A stretch of 64,000 bases of DNA from Trypanosoma brucei (lineage: Eukaryota). The DNA is taken from NCBI GenBank assembly GCA_000002445.1, contig CH464491.1:2816001-2880000 (forward strand), read 5' to 3'. The notes below the pieces were generated by a model. It searched no databases. It saw only the letters and a program-made list of their open reading frames with translations, and had not been told where the DNA came from. Shown here piece after piece: positions 32,942-43,743 of this stretch (its first letter is position 1; every line of letters begins with the position of its first letter). Both the position numbers and the translations under genes were made by a program.

Positions 32942-34270
32942 ATGGGGAAGATACATGAGATTGTAAAGCCACGACAAATGGATACGAGCTCGCCGAACTT
33001 CGGCCTCAAAAGCCCTTATGCCCATCGGGATGCATCAGATGAAATCGACGAGCTTCGAAGTGAGGTAGCCCTCCTGCGGCAACGCCAGGAACAGCACATG
33101 ATGCGGTGGGAAGCCGCCATGAAGGAACAGCGGCAGCATTGCTGTGATTTGGCTGCCGTATATCGGCAATTACAAGAGTTGGTAAATGGCATCCCGGACG
33201 ACAGTTTGGGCGTTGCAAGGAAGAAACCCCTTCGCCCGTCGCCTCCTGATAGCACCTTGCTTGATGAGGTTCGTGAGGTGCTGCTCGACTTCAAAAACTA
33301 CATTGAGCGAGGCAGAATCGTCACCAATCAAAAACTTGAGGATATGTACAATGGCATAGGGGAGGTGAAGAGGGCCTTGGAGGAGGAAGCACAACATCGG
33401 AAGCGAGGGGAAGAACGGCTCAGACGGCTAGAAGAAAAGCAGGAGCAATTGTTCCAGTTGGTAGCCTCTGCTGCTTCAGCTAACGATTTGAGCACGCTAC
33501 GCACTACATTGACTGAGTTGTTCAAGTCCGGACAGAATGATTTGGTAGTCTCCTCATCACGGCAGTACGACAGTGTGAAAGAGAGAATAGCGGACTGCGA
33601 AAGGCAGTTTCGTGCGCTACAAGCAGAGCGTGAGCATAGTGAAAGGAAGTTGGAGTCTCTATGTCATGGGAACCTCCAAACAGCGGAAGTCAGCATTCAA
33701 CAGCTACAGCGGCGAGTGGAGACCCTTTGCCAAGAGCTGCGGGCTCACACAGCGCCGCAAAACGCTGAGAAGCCCAGCGCTCAAACATACACGGCATACA
33801 AGATAGATGAAATGTTGGCGTCGCTTGAGATGCGAATGTCCGAGCGTGTCGATACAACTATCAAGCAATTTGATATGAAGCATGTGCAGTTCGTTGAGCA
33901 CATGGTGGACTCTGCAAAGAAGGCCATTGAGGTGGCGGATAACCTGCCAAAACAAGTAAACCACCTGCAGGACGAGGTTGCAAATATTCAAGAGGCCATT
34001 CAGCGTCATGGTGAGGCGCTGAACGATCAGTTCCTACAGGGCCCGCTGTATGGCGCCTTTGAAGAAGTGAGGGGCTGGCTGCGAGATGTTGAACAACACA
34101 CGGTGAAGCGTGGCGAATTCAACGAAGCGATGGTCAATTTTGATGAGAAACTTGCGTCGCTGAGACGTGAGTTTCTTATTGGTGGGTCGGTGGAGCATGT
34201 TTCGGATGAAAGTGCCGATGACACTGGCGCGTTTAGACAATCAAAATTAGCTATCATAGCGCCCCCATGA
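32942..34270 (+). CDS. coiled-coil protein, hypothetical
   Basis: A 442-aa ORF with heptad-rich E/K/Q/L composition throughout. Confidence 0.5.
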   Translation: MGKIHEIVKPRQMDTSSPNFGLKSPYAHRDASDEIDELRSEVALLRQRQEQHMMRWEAAMKEQRQHCCDLAAVYRQLQELVNGIPDDSLGVARKKPLRPSPPDSTLLDEVREVLLDFKNYIERGRIVTNQKLEDMYNGIGEVKRALEEEAQHRKRGEERLRRLEEKQEQLFQLVASAASANDLSTLRTTLTELFKSGQNDLVVSSSRQYDSVKERIADCERQFRALQAEREHSERKLESLCHGNLQTAEVSIQQLQRRVETLCQELRAHTAPQNAEKPSAQTYTAYKIDEMLASLEMRMSERVDTTIKQFDMKHVQFVEHMVDSAKKAIEVADNLPKQVNHLQDEVANIQEAIQRHGEALNDQFLQGPLYGAFEEVRGWLRDVEQHTVKRGEFNEAMVNFDEKLASLRREFLIGGSVEHVSDESADDTGAFRQSKLAIIAPP

Positions 34271-34743
34271 CGTTGCTGCGCTCAGATGTGGCTGTTCTTC
34301 GTCGTGTACGTACAAGCCCAGAGACCTTTCGCACTACCGTCGGGGCTCATCCGTATCTGGAAGAAAAAAAAAGGTGTAACGGCAGGGGGACGGGCAGGTG
34401 CCTTCTCGGTGCTGTAGCTTGGCGTATTTATATCCGCACTATTTGGGACACCTGGTACCTTTTGTGTATGTCCCGAATTTACGTAGACTCGCCACCGTGT
34501 GGTAATTCTTTTGGAGCCGAGTACTCATAATGTGTACTATTTCAACCTAACTTCTCTGTGTATTACCTTTGTGGTCTTGTTGCGCTGCGAGTGGGCTTTG
34601 TTAGTGTTCACTTTCCTTTCTTCTTTCCTTCAATGCACCTTCATACGCCTTCTGTTGTATTTTTTAAGTAAACACGCGTGCCCTAGAGGGTGGGATAAAC
34701 TACTACCGTACGCAGGTCCACTGCTGCACAAGGAGTTGGAAAG

Positions 34744-37290
34744 ATGGAAAACGGAAAGAATGACGAATTTACCGTGAGTGATGAGGCCGTGGAGAACCTC
34801 CAGAAGGATTTTGAGGAGGCAATGGCAGCCCTCGCTGAGCATGAAAGCTTCGATCGTTTCCGAATGGAATATGACGTCTTATATCGTGCGCTTCGCAAGA
34901 GTCACGACTCCGAAAAGCGGCTTGTGAAACGGTGCCAGCAGCTCACGCAGGAGCTGATGAGTAATGCGGCGAAGGTGCAGGCCGCACTGAAGTTGTCTCA
35001 GTCAGACCACACTACAATAGATGCACTGAAGAAGGAAATTGAAAAGGCGTGGCGGATGGTCGATTCTGCAAATGAAAAAGATGCCCACGCGAAGGAAACA
35101 ATGAAAAATTTAAAGGAAGAAGTGGCATCACTGCAGGAAATTATGGCCAACGGTGCTGAGCTCACCTCTTCGCAGTCTGCAACCCTAGAGGGACTGAAGT
35201 TGGAGAAAAAAAGGATGGAAATGGAGTATGGTGAGTTGGTGAAGCAGATGGACAACCTGACGAAGGAAATAAAGGAGCTGAACACGAAATCGAAGGAACT
35301 TGAGGTCGAAATTATGAACAATCAAGAAGAGTTTAAGCGTGTTACGGACAGGGAGACCTTGATACAACAGGAGTACGACAAAGAAATAAAAGCTCGGGAG
35401 CGTGCCGACTTTCAGGTGAAAGAGCAGCTGCATTTAGCGCAACAAAGGGCAAAAGAGCTGAAGACTCACGAACAACTGCGTATCAACCTGACAGAGACGG
35501 TAACTAAACTCCGCGCGCAGGTACAAGAGGATAACGAAAAGCGCCAGCTGCTGGAGCAAAAAATCGAGACGGCAGAGAAACAACTGTACCACACGCAGCA
35601 ATCTTACGATGACGCTGTTGATACCACAGAGGCCCTCAACGAGCGACATCGCGCCGTGTGTAAGGAGATTGCAGAAGCTGAGAAAATGGCACACGACCTT
35701 CTTTCAGAGGAAGAGCGAACGCGCGCAGTGTGTGATGGCGATTACAAGAAGCTGCGTCGCCTCATACAGCAGAACGACGACGTAAGACAGGAGTATGAAA
35801 ACCTGACTCGCCAGCAGAGCAACATTCAAAAGCGCATTAATACGGTAAAGAAAGAGAGGCATGCCATGAATAATGCCTACGAGGTTTTGCAGAAGGAACA
35901 GGATACCCTCAAGAAGTATGGTGAACACGAACGAAAGAAGTTGCAAACCATCGAAGGCATTATAGCAAACGAAGTGGAAAGTCAAAAAGATGTAGAAGCC
36001 GCTATTGAACGTGAGCGGGAAATAAGCGTCCGCCTTAGCAAAACAATAGCAAAACTAGAAAGTGAGAGGGAGAAATATACAGCGGAGGTGCTGCAGGCCG
36101 TCGAGCAGCATGCACTCGTGAAGGAAGATCTGAAGGTTGCCACTATAACTTGCAATGAGACACAAAAGGCGATAGAAGAGAGTGAGCAGCGACTAAAGAA
36201 GCAACAGGGACTTTATGAGCAGGCGAGGGCTGAACGTAACCTCTACACAAAGAAATTGATCGAGTCACAGGACGAAGTGATGGAACTGAAACAGGGCTTC
36301 CGAATGATGGACCACCAAATTAGACAATTGAAGGAAGAACTGGCAATGAAAGAGAAGAAATTTCAGGATGAAACATCTGCGCAGAAGATAGCAAAGGAAA
36401 AACTTGCCAAAGTACGCCGCGTTGTCAATGAGCGTACCATAGCCCTCGACGACACGATTCGTAATTGCGAGAATGTCGCACAAAACATTAAACAACTTGT
36501 CAAAGTTGTTAATGAATGTGATAAACAACTTAGCGAGCAGCGTCAAATGTTCTTGTCAGTTAGTAACGAGCGTGACATGCTTGGTACTCAACTAATCCGT
36601 CGTAATGACGAGCTTGCCTTGCTTTACGAGAAAATTCGTATGCAACAAGAAGTACTTAGCCGTGGGTATGCCGCATGCCGCGCGCGCCAGGAAGATATGC
36701 GCCTTCTGCGTTTGAAGACTGAGGACCTCAAGCGGCAGGCCAAAATAGCAGATAGGCGAGCACAGGACACGAAACAGTTGCAAGAAGATATCAAGCAACT
36801 GGTGTACGATCTCACAGTGCAGCGCGCGAAGGTGCAAGCCCTCACCGAGGAGGCCGAGAACCCAAAGAGCTCACTTAGGTGGGAAAAGGTGGATGGCCGG
36901 AATCCAACGGCGGAAGAGCTCAACCGCAAGATATTCCGTCTTCAACGTCGGCTTATCACAAAATCGGAGGAATGTGTTGAAAAGGATATGGAACTGCAGG
37001 AAAAGCAGCGCCTCCTAACGGAGTTGACGAACATACTCGCGCGGCAGCCGGGGCCTGAAGTGGTACAGAGGCTTAACATGTGCCAAAAGGAGCTACACCG
37101 TACTTGCTCCGTAATGAAGCAGAAGGCATCAGAACTCAATATGACAGGAACGCACTTCGCTGAGTTAAAATATGAAGCCGAGCGACTTAGGCGGGAGGTC
37201 AATGATACAAGACGCAAGTACTACGAGATGCGAATGAGTAACGATGAACTAACGAAAGCGATGGAGGCTTCGAGGAGCATTAAGTCGTGA
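34744..37290 (+). CDS. long coiled-coil protein, hypothetical (cytoskeletal/flagellar type)
   Basis: An 848-aa ORF that is almost entirely predicted coiled coil, with no globular domain. Confidence 0.55.
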   Translation: MENGKNDEFTVSDEAVENLQKDFEEAMAALAEHESFDRFRMEYDVLYRALRKSHDSEKRLVKRCQQLTQELMSNAAKVQAALKLSQSDHTTIDALKKEIEKAWRMVDSANEKDAHAKETMKNLKEEVASLQEIMANGAELTSSQSATLEGLKLEKKRMEMEYGELVKQMDNLTKEIKELNTKSKELEVEIMNNQEEFKRVTDRETLIQQEYDKEIKARERADFQVKEQLHLAQQRAKELKTHEQLRINLTETVTKLRAQVQEDNEKRQLLEQKIETAEKQLYHTQQSYDDAVDTTEALNERHRAVCKEIAEAEKMAHDLLSEEERTRAVCDGDYKKLRRLIQQNDDVRQEYENLTRQQSNIQKRINTVKKERHAMNNAYEVLQKEQDTLKKYGEHERKKLQTIEGIIANEVESQKDVEAAIEREREISVRLSKTIAKLESEREKYTAEVLQAVEQHALVKEDLKVATITCNETQKAIEESEQRLKKQQGLYEQARAERNLYTKKLIESQDEVMELKQGFRMMDHQIRQLKEELAMKEKKFQDETSAQKIAKEKLAKVRRVVNERTIALDDTIRNCENVAQNIKQLVKVVNECDKQLSEQRQMFLSVSNERDMLGTQLIRRNDELALLYEKIRMQQEVLSRGYAACRARQEDMRLLRLKTEDLKRQAKIADRRAQDTKQLQEDIKQLVYDLTVQRAKVQALTEEAENPKSSLRWEKVDGRNPTAEELNRKIFRLQRRLITKSEECVEKDMELQEKQRLLTELTNILARQPGPEVVQRLNMCQKELHRTCSVMKQKASELNMTGTHFAELKYEAERLRREVNDTRRKYYEMRMSNDELTKAMEASRSIKS

Positions 37291-37548
37291 GCATCGGTAC
37301 GGAGCGACGCCGACTGTCAGGCATTTGTTAACCACACTCGTCAACTACCGGAAGGTGAACAGCTGAACACACTTAGACTTCGTTGTCAACATTGCCACAC
37401 ATGTAGAATATACCTTATTCCCTTATTTCACCTCACCTCACACTACCCTTTGTTTGTTGTCTCGCCGCAGATTGTGAGCGGTTTTACGCACAAGTACTGA
37501 ACATTACAGAGGCGAAGCTGACTACAATGACAGAAACATCCCGTCGTG

Positions 37549-37590
37549 ACCTTATTTTCCTTGTGCTTTCACCCTTCTCTCCCTCTCTTA
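37549..37590 (+). promoter_or_regulatory. polypyrimidine tract + AG: putative trans-splice acceptor signal for RPSA copy 2
   Basis: Same sequence as 13222..13263, included in the duplicated unit. Confidence 0.6.
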
Positions 37591-37625
37591 GTTCCAAAGC
37601 ATTACGCAACTCCCACACACGCAAT

Positions 37626-38360
37626 ATGACCTCCGTCTCGTCCGGCGCTAAGGTCCTCCGAATGAAGGAGAGCGACGTGCAGAAGTTGCTCGCCATGCAC
37701 TGCCACCTCGGCACGAAGAACAGCAGCAGCGCCATGAAGAAGTACATCCACGGGCGCACAAGCGACGGCACAAATATCATTGATATCCACATGACGTGGG
37801 AGAAGCTGATCCTTGCCGCCCGTGTGATCGCTGCGGTGGAGAACCCACAGGATGTCACCGTCTGTTCCACACGCCTATTCGGGCAGCGCGCCATCTTCAA
37901 GTTTTCCCAACTCGTTGGGACATCGTTCCTCGGTGGCCGGTTTATTCCCGGTACATTCACCAACCAGATCCAGAAGAAGTTCATGCAGCCACGCGTTCTG
38001 GTTGTCACGGATCCCCGCACAGACCACCAGGCCCTACGTGAAGCGAGCCTTGTCAACATCCCCGTCATTGCTTTCTGCGACACGGACGCACCACTGGAGT
38101 TTGTTGACATTGCCATCCCGTGCAATAACCGTGGACGCCATTCTATCAGCATGATGTATTGGCTGTTAGCCCGGGAGGTGCTGAGGCTCCGTGGCACCAT
38201 CCCACGTAGTGTCCCATGGGAAGTGAAAGTGGACCTCTTCTTCTACCGTGACCCTGAAGAGGCATTGAAGCAAGAGGAGGCCACCGCCGCAGCTGAGGTC
38301 CATGAAGAAGCTGACGAGGGTTATGGATGGGTGGAGCGCGACAACACATGGGAGCAGTAA
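37626..38360 (+). CDS. RPSA: 40S ribosomal protein SA (uS2), copy 2 (identical to copy 1)
   Basis: The nucleotide sequence is identical to 13298..14032, as part of a 1.35-kb perfect duplication. The ATG at 37626 was chosen over the ORF-track start at 37527 for the same reason as copy 1. Confidence 0.9.
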   Translation: MTSVSSGAKVLRMKESDVQKLLAMHCHLGTKNSSSAMKKYIHGRTSDGTNIIDIHMTWEKLILAARVIAAVENPQDVTVCSTRLFGQRAIFKFSQLVGTSFLGGRFIPGTFTNQIQKKFMQPRVLVVTDPRTDHQALREASLVNIPVIAFCDTDAPLEFVDIAIPCNNRGRHSISMMYWLLAREVLRLRGTIPRSVPWEVKVDLFFYRDPEEALKQEEATAAAEVHEEADEGYGWVERDNTWEQ

Positions 38361-39152
38361 GCGAATTGTTGCCTTGGGACAAGCACAGTTGTTTAACATA
38401 TATGTCTTGGTTGTTACCTCCGTATAATTTTTAATTTTTTTTCTTTTCGGTGACCGCGTGCGGCATCGCTAACTTTAGGGAGGAATGAGGCGCTGCGCAT
38501 TCGAAGGTGCTCTGCCGCTGAACAATGACTGCCTCATGACACTATACAACCAACACCTCATTATTGCCCTAAGCGTCGTTTGACAATATTGCATCTCCTC
38601 TACAATACCTGTTTCTGTGTGATATTTTGTATCTGATGTTATATTTCCTTCTTCTTTTCTCTTAACTTCCTTCATTTCCGTACCATCTATTGCAGCGACA
38701 AACCCAGGGCAGCGCCAACGGGTGGTGAGTGAGCACTGGACCCTGCCTAGAGGCCACTCAAAAGTAACTGTCAAGCGGTCGCGCAGGAAAGGCTAAAAGT
38801 AGGCAAGGAATTGTGCGTGCACCACTGTGTAATTGAAACTCATCGGTACTTGTATCAATCACGTATTGTCAAAGCTCATTTTTAGTGCTCAGGGGACAGC
38901 TGTTGTTAGTTGTTGATACAGATTTATTTGGTGAACTGAAGTGTAGTTTAAAACTATTTTTTTTTTCGAGTGTTAGCGCGGTAACTGAAGCAGTGAGCTT
39001 CACCGATTTTGTTGAGGGCACGGGAAGCTAAGCACCCCCTCCCCACCCTCGGGTCGTGTAATAGCCGAGGGCTATTGTAACAACGGCCCACACTGCACGT
39101 CGTCAAAAGGAGATCGGAGTATTTGGAGTAGCCCCCCCCAAAAAAAAAAAGA

Positions 39153-40106
39153 ATGTGGCTTTTCTTTGGAACTTTGTGTCGTGGAGCACTTGTGGTACTC
39201 CTGACCTTTCTTCTTTATTTTGATTCTAGTCGTCTTCCGACGCCTGATTATGTTGCCGGAGAGATGTGTAACATGTTGGAGAGACACGCGGAGTGTTCCA
39301 GCTGTCAGAAGCTTCTGAGCCATTTCGATGTCGATGGAAAAGGCGATGAGTCCCCGATCTGGCAAACTTTGCGACGGTTAGACAAGCCGCGTATGCCTGC
39401 AGTGCAACCATGTGATGGCAAAACGAGGAGTGTGGAGTGTAATCATTTTCTTGAAAATAGTCTCATTGAAAAGTGGAGCATGGTCTCTGCGCTTGTTCAC
39501 GAAATGAAAAAGTTTTACGCCACTACGGATCCGGATGCCGTGGGCATCGTTAACACTCGGCACGATGAACTCGTAGAGTTTATACTGAATGAAAGGGAAG
39601 CAAGAGAAAGTGAACAGCGGGAATTGCAGAAGTGGGAAGATTGCTCTTCTATAGTCGATGTCGAAAGTGACACTTCGGAGCTTTCCACGAACAAATTGAG
39701 GAGGCACACATATGAAAGCAGTGCGTGCAGCATTAGTTTCAGCAACGACCGCCAGCGATCGTTCTGCTGGTGCCACTGCGCGGGAAAGTTGCCTTTCATG
39801 GAGCGGACGCGGATTTGGTTGCTTCATATTTACCTCTCGTACGATATGCGCATGAAAATAATTATTTTACAGCATCAAAGGAACACCCTCTTTTGCCTTC
39901 TGTTGGAATTATGTTTACTTGGAATAGTGATGAGGCACCAGACTGTGGAGGCTGCAGTTGAAGTGGCGGGCGCCGTACATCCCACCAACGGCAAATTGAG
40001 CAATGAACTCACGGATGTTTTTATGTCACAGGTTCACACGGGAAAATCAACCACACGTCGGGTTGCGCCTCCACGATTAAGAGGGTCCAGTCACCGGAAA
40101 GACTGA
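39153..40106 (+). CDS. hypothetical Cys-containing protein with hydrophobic N-terminus (possible signal peptide/TM)
   Basis: A 317-aa ORF. The N-terminus 'MWLFFGTLCRGALVVLLTFLLYF' is hydrophobic. No domain assigned. Confidence 0.35.
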   Translation: MWLFFGTLCRGALVVLLTFLLYFDSSRLPTPDYVAGEMCNMLERHAECSSCQKLLSHFDVDGKGDESPIWQTLRRLDKPRMPAVQPCDGKTRSVECNHFLENSLIEKWSMVSALVHEMKKFYATTDPDAVGIVNTRHDELVEFILNEREARESEQRELQKWEDCSSIVDVESDTSELSTNKLRRHTYESSACSISFSNDRQRSFCWCHCAGKLPFMERTRIWLLHIYLSYDMRMKIIILQHQRNTLFCLLLELCLLGIVMRHQTVEAAVEVAGAVHPTNGKLSNELTDVFMSQVHTGKSTTRRVAPPRLRGSSHRKD

Positions 40107-41602
40107 GGGAAAGGGGGAAAACAAAAAGATGAGAGCAGGTAAAGAAATACAATGGACCCAGTGTTTATACAGGCATAAAAACATATGAAGAAACGTCTTT
40201 GTGTGTTGTTCTGTTTTCTATTTTATTTTTGTTTTTAAACGAATTAATAAATATATTAAAACGTAATCACCAAGGGGGATCGTTTTTGCAGGGTGGCGTT
40301 TTTTTTCTTACCACACACCATTGAACGGAGGGTGATTTGGTGGGTCTCGCCCGCGCCTTGCCTTTTTAAAAAAAATTAAATATTTCCTCTAATTTACCAC
40401 ACTAATCCCACCTTTTTTTTTTATTTCCCTCTGTCGTTGTTTCTAGTGAAAACTTGAAGCAGGGGAATTTCCCTTTCTTTCACTTCCGTTTATCTTTTTC
40501 ACTTTTACTTAATAAATAAAAAGACTTTATTGTTTTGATTGGAGCTCCTCTTTGAGAGGTTAAATCGGCCTTCCCCACATTGTGCCTAGCTGTGTTACTC
40601 ACTTTACCTGGTGATATTATTTGTTTGTTATTTACTTAGAAACGTCTTTCATGCGGTATGAACCTTGTGTGAGCTTACATATGTGTATTACACAGGGTTG
40701 TATCTGCTCATTTAACATAGATTAAATAATAATGAAATAATATGGTGCATTAGTGGGTATTGAAGGTCGAAAAGTGGGAGGGGGAGGGGGAGGAGGGGCA
40801 AAAACTAATGTGGGATCGACTACATTTAATTGAAAGAAAAAAGCAATTGCCTTGGCAATTCAAATCAGCAACAGGCATTATAGTTTGTAAACGTAGACAC
40901 GTTCCCATGTGTGGCTCAATATATCCACTGTCACTGATACATGCGGGGACGTGTGATTTTTTTTTGAAAATTTGTTTATATTTTGTTTACTTTGATCTCG
41001 TCACTGCCTACCGTTGTTAGTGAAGAGAAGAAAGGAAACAGAGAGTGTCTATACAAAGCATTGAACAGGTATGGATGAAAGGTGAGGCGAAGGGAACACA
41101 GAGCGGAGTTTGTTGGTACATCACGCTGTGCATGCGCAAAGCATCAAGTAAAATACGTTGGCTTCATATATCCGCGAGCCGCTTGACAAGAGGATGTCCA
41201 GAAACATATATGATCCCCATGAATGCGCCTTGTTGCTACATTCTCTTTTTTCTCCTCTTGTCACGATCATTTTAAATTATTACCCGTGTTCTCTTCATAC
41301 GTGCATATAAACTTTTTCCCAAGGGCTGTTCAACCAGGTCTGCTTGCTCCGCCACCCGAAGGAGCTGCGAGGTCCAAAGAGAAGAAGCGGGACCTTGCGG
41401 TTGTTAGATTTCCCCTGGTCCCTGCGCTGGGACGCAGCAACTCACCACTCGCTGTGGTGCCGCAAACCAACGCGAGGTTTTGCTGTGAACAAGTGAAACG
41501 AGCTGGAGAAATAGGGGGAGGAGAGTTGAGAGTGTCGGGGGTGGAAATTGAAATTCTACTTGTACTTGACGCCTCTTCGTCACCCAACCTTTCCCAACAC
41601 TT

Positions 41603-43072
41603 ATGGCATGTGTGCATGTCCTGGTGGGGCAGTGTGGCAACCAACTTGGCGCACACTTTTTGACCGCACTAACAGATGAGGCACGCCGCTGCAGTGATGA
41701 AGATTATGCATCCCAAATTTCGGCTGATCATTTCCGTCCGGCACCAACACAAAAGGGAATCAGACGAGGAGGCGTAAGTAACGGCAACTCCGGTCATCAT
41801 GACGAACCACCACTACCGCGCTCCGTCATGATTGATATGGAACCAAAAGTGGTCGAATCCGTCGTGACAGGCGTTAACGACGGAGGCGCATTCCAGGTAC
41901 GAGCGGAGCAGTGCGTCACCCGGGACGAGGGAAGCGGGAACAACTGGGCGTTTGGATACTATGAGCAAGGAAGAAGTAGATGCGATGAGATCGTGGAATC
42001 CTTACGCCGGCAGAGTGAGGCGCGTGGGGCAGCTCATTCCTTTCATATCGTGCACAGTGTTGCAGGTGGAACCGGCTCGGGGGTGGGATGTTTGGTGTCC
42101 GACGCCATCCGGGTGGAGTTCCCACGAGCGCTTCTCCTCCACACGGCGGTGTGGCCGTTTGCCACCGGTGAGGTCGTAACGCAATGGTACAACTGCGTGT
42201 TGGCTATGAGTGCCCTACGCGAGAGTGCGGATGCTGTTTTCGTGGCGCATAATGATGACTTTGACGTCAGCGCGAGACCTTTGCAGAAGGCTGTCAACGG
42301 CCGAACAAGCGAAGTGAGCTTCGATACTATAAATCACGAAATTGGCCGCCTCCTCCTCGACCTCCATCTTCCGAAGAAATTGTACCCGGTTCCCTCAACT
42401 GCACCCGAGAAAAAACCTCACCCACAGTCAACGTTTCCGGCTTCTAGAACAACTTCCAGTACGGGTGCTATGGCGTCGCTTAGATGCGGAGGCCTCACAG
42501 ACGTCGTGGAAGCGGTTGCACTAGACCCAGCACTGAAGTTCTTCTCTGGTTTAGCCCTTCCCGTGACTCCACCTGACAACCGTGTCGTTGCGCCAGAGGC
42601 AACGTCGTGGTACCCGCTGTTGTGTGAAGCATCTCGTCGAACCAGTGAGTTATTCGTACCGGCACCGTCTGGTGACAATAACACTAGCAACAACCTTTCT
42701 ACCGCATTCATCGAGCAGCGGCCCCTCCTATGGAGTTTGCGTGGGCCAGCTGCATGCAGTGAAGGTCTCGCGCATCTGCGGGAAGTGCTCTCGAGAAGTA
42801 CGCCGACCCCTGACGGACGGGAGTTGTATGTACCGCCCTCTGCACTCCTTCTGCATGAGGAGCGGCTTCTCGGACGGAGAGCCCATGTTTCAGTTTTTGG
42901 TCCTACACATAACATCGGACTTCGACTAGCTTCCGCACTCGAGAGGGCTGAAGATTTACTTCGCGTCAGTGCGTACGTTCACCATTTTAGTCGATACGGA
43001 GTAGGTGAAGAGGAGCTGCGGGACGCCGTTGTGCGTATGTGGGACACTGCTGCCGCATACGGGGCGGCTTGA
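41603..43072 (+). CDS. divergent tubulin-superfamily protein (delta-tubulin-like)
   Basis: The N-terminal 'MACVHVLVGQCGNQLGAHFLTAL' carries the tubulin GQCGNQ motif. 'RSVMIDMEPKVV' parallels the tubulin 'RAVLVDLEPGTM'. 'GGTGSGVG' is the tubulin GGGTGSG nucleotide-binding loop. There are long insertions relative to alpha/beta tubulin. Confidence 0.65.
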   Translation: MACVHVLVGQCGNQLGAHFLTALTDEARRCSDEDYASQISADHFRPAPTQKGIRRGGVSNGNSGHHDEPPLPRSVMIDMEPKVVESVVTGVNDGGAFQVRAEQCVTRDEGSGNNWAFGYYEQGRSRCDEIVESLRRQSEARGAAHSFHIVHSVAGGTGSGVGCLVSDAIRVEFPRALLLHTAVWPFATGEVVTQWYNCVLAMSALRESADAVFVAHNDDFDVSARPLQKAVNGRTSEVSFDTINHEIGRLLLDLHLPKKLYPVPSTAPEKKPHPQSTFPASRTTSSTGAMASLRCGGLTDVVEAVALDPALKFFSGLALPVTPPDNRVVAPEATSWYPLLCEASRRTSELFVPAPSGDNNTSNNLSTAFIEQRPLLWSLRGPAACSEGLAHLREVLSRSTPTPDGRELYVPPSALLLHEERLLGRRAHVSVFGPTHNIGLRLASALERAEDLLRVSAYVHHFSRYGVGEEELRDAVVRMWDTAAAYGAA

Positions 43073-43344
43073 GCACATCTGTACGTGAAGAGCGTGCACG
43101 CAGAAGTGGATTGTATGATGCAGTGTAATGTGATGTGCTTTCGTCCAGGTGGGTGTCGTGTTGTCATGGCACAGGATGTAGCTAGTGACCAAATGGATTG
43201 TAGAAGGGAAAAGTGACCATAGAACTCCCACAAAGTGATAATAGACCTAAAAGAGGCGAGGTGTGTCGTCTATGGGCTACGGGACAAATCGCTTGTCAGT
43301 AATCAAAGGAGCAAGTAAAGGGGGATATACACGCATGCGTATAG

Positions 43345-43368
43345 ATATATATATATATATATATATAT
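43345..43368. repeat. (TA)n microsatellite
   Basis: A perfect TA run in the intergenic region. Confidence 0.9.
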
Positions 43369-43743
43369 TTGGAGTTTTTTAGGGTGCAGCAAGGTGAGAA
43401 GGAGGTTAAATACCCTCCCCTCGTTTTATCCGCATCCGTCATTTTCCCCCTTTTTCTTCACTTCTCTTCGCTCTGTGCCCTCTTCCTTTTACATATGTGC
43501 GTTTACGATAAGCAGCAAAGGAATAATTTACATATCCAAGTTTCAATCACCAAAGAACGAGAAGGTAGAGTAAACGAAATAGGTTTGAGCAGATTAGGAA
43601 AAAAGTTTAAAAAGGAAGTGAGAAGCAGACAAGCTTGCAACGTTTGCGTGAGAAATAGGGGAAAAAGTGAGGTAAAGAAGGGTGCCTACGGGGGGGGAAA
43701 AAAAAATTATATTTACACATATCACCTAGAAACTCCACATATC

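Larger units (their letters stand above)
37538..38893. repeat. segmental duplication copy B (1.35 kb, carries RPSA)
   Basis: Identical to 13211..14565. Copy B lies 24.3 kb downstream of copy A, in the same orientation. Confidence 0.9.
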
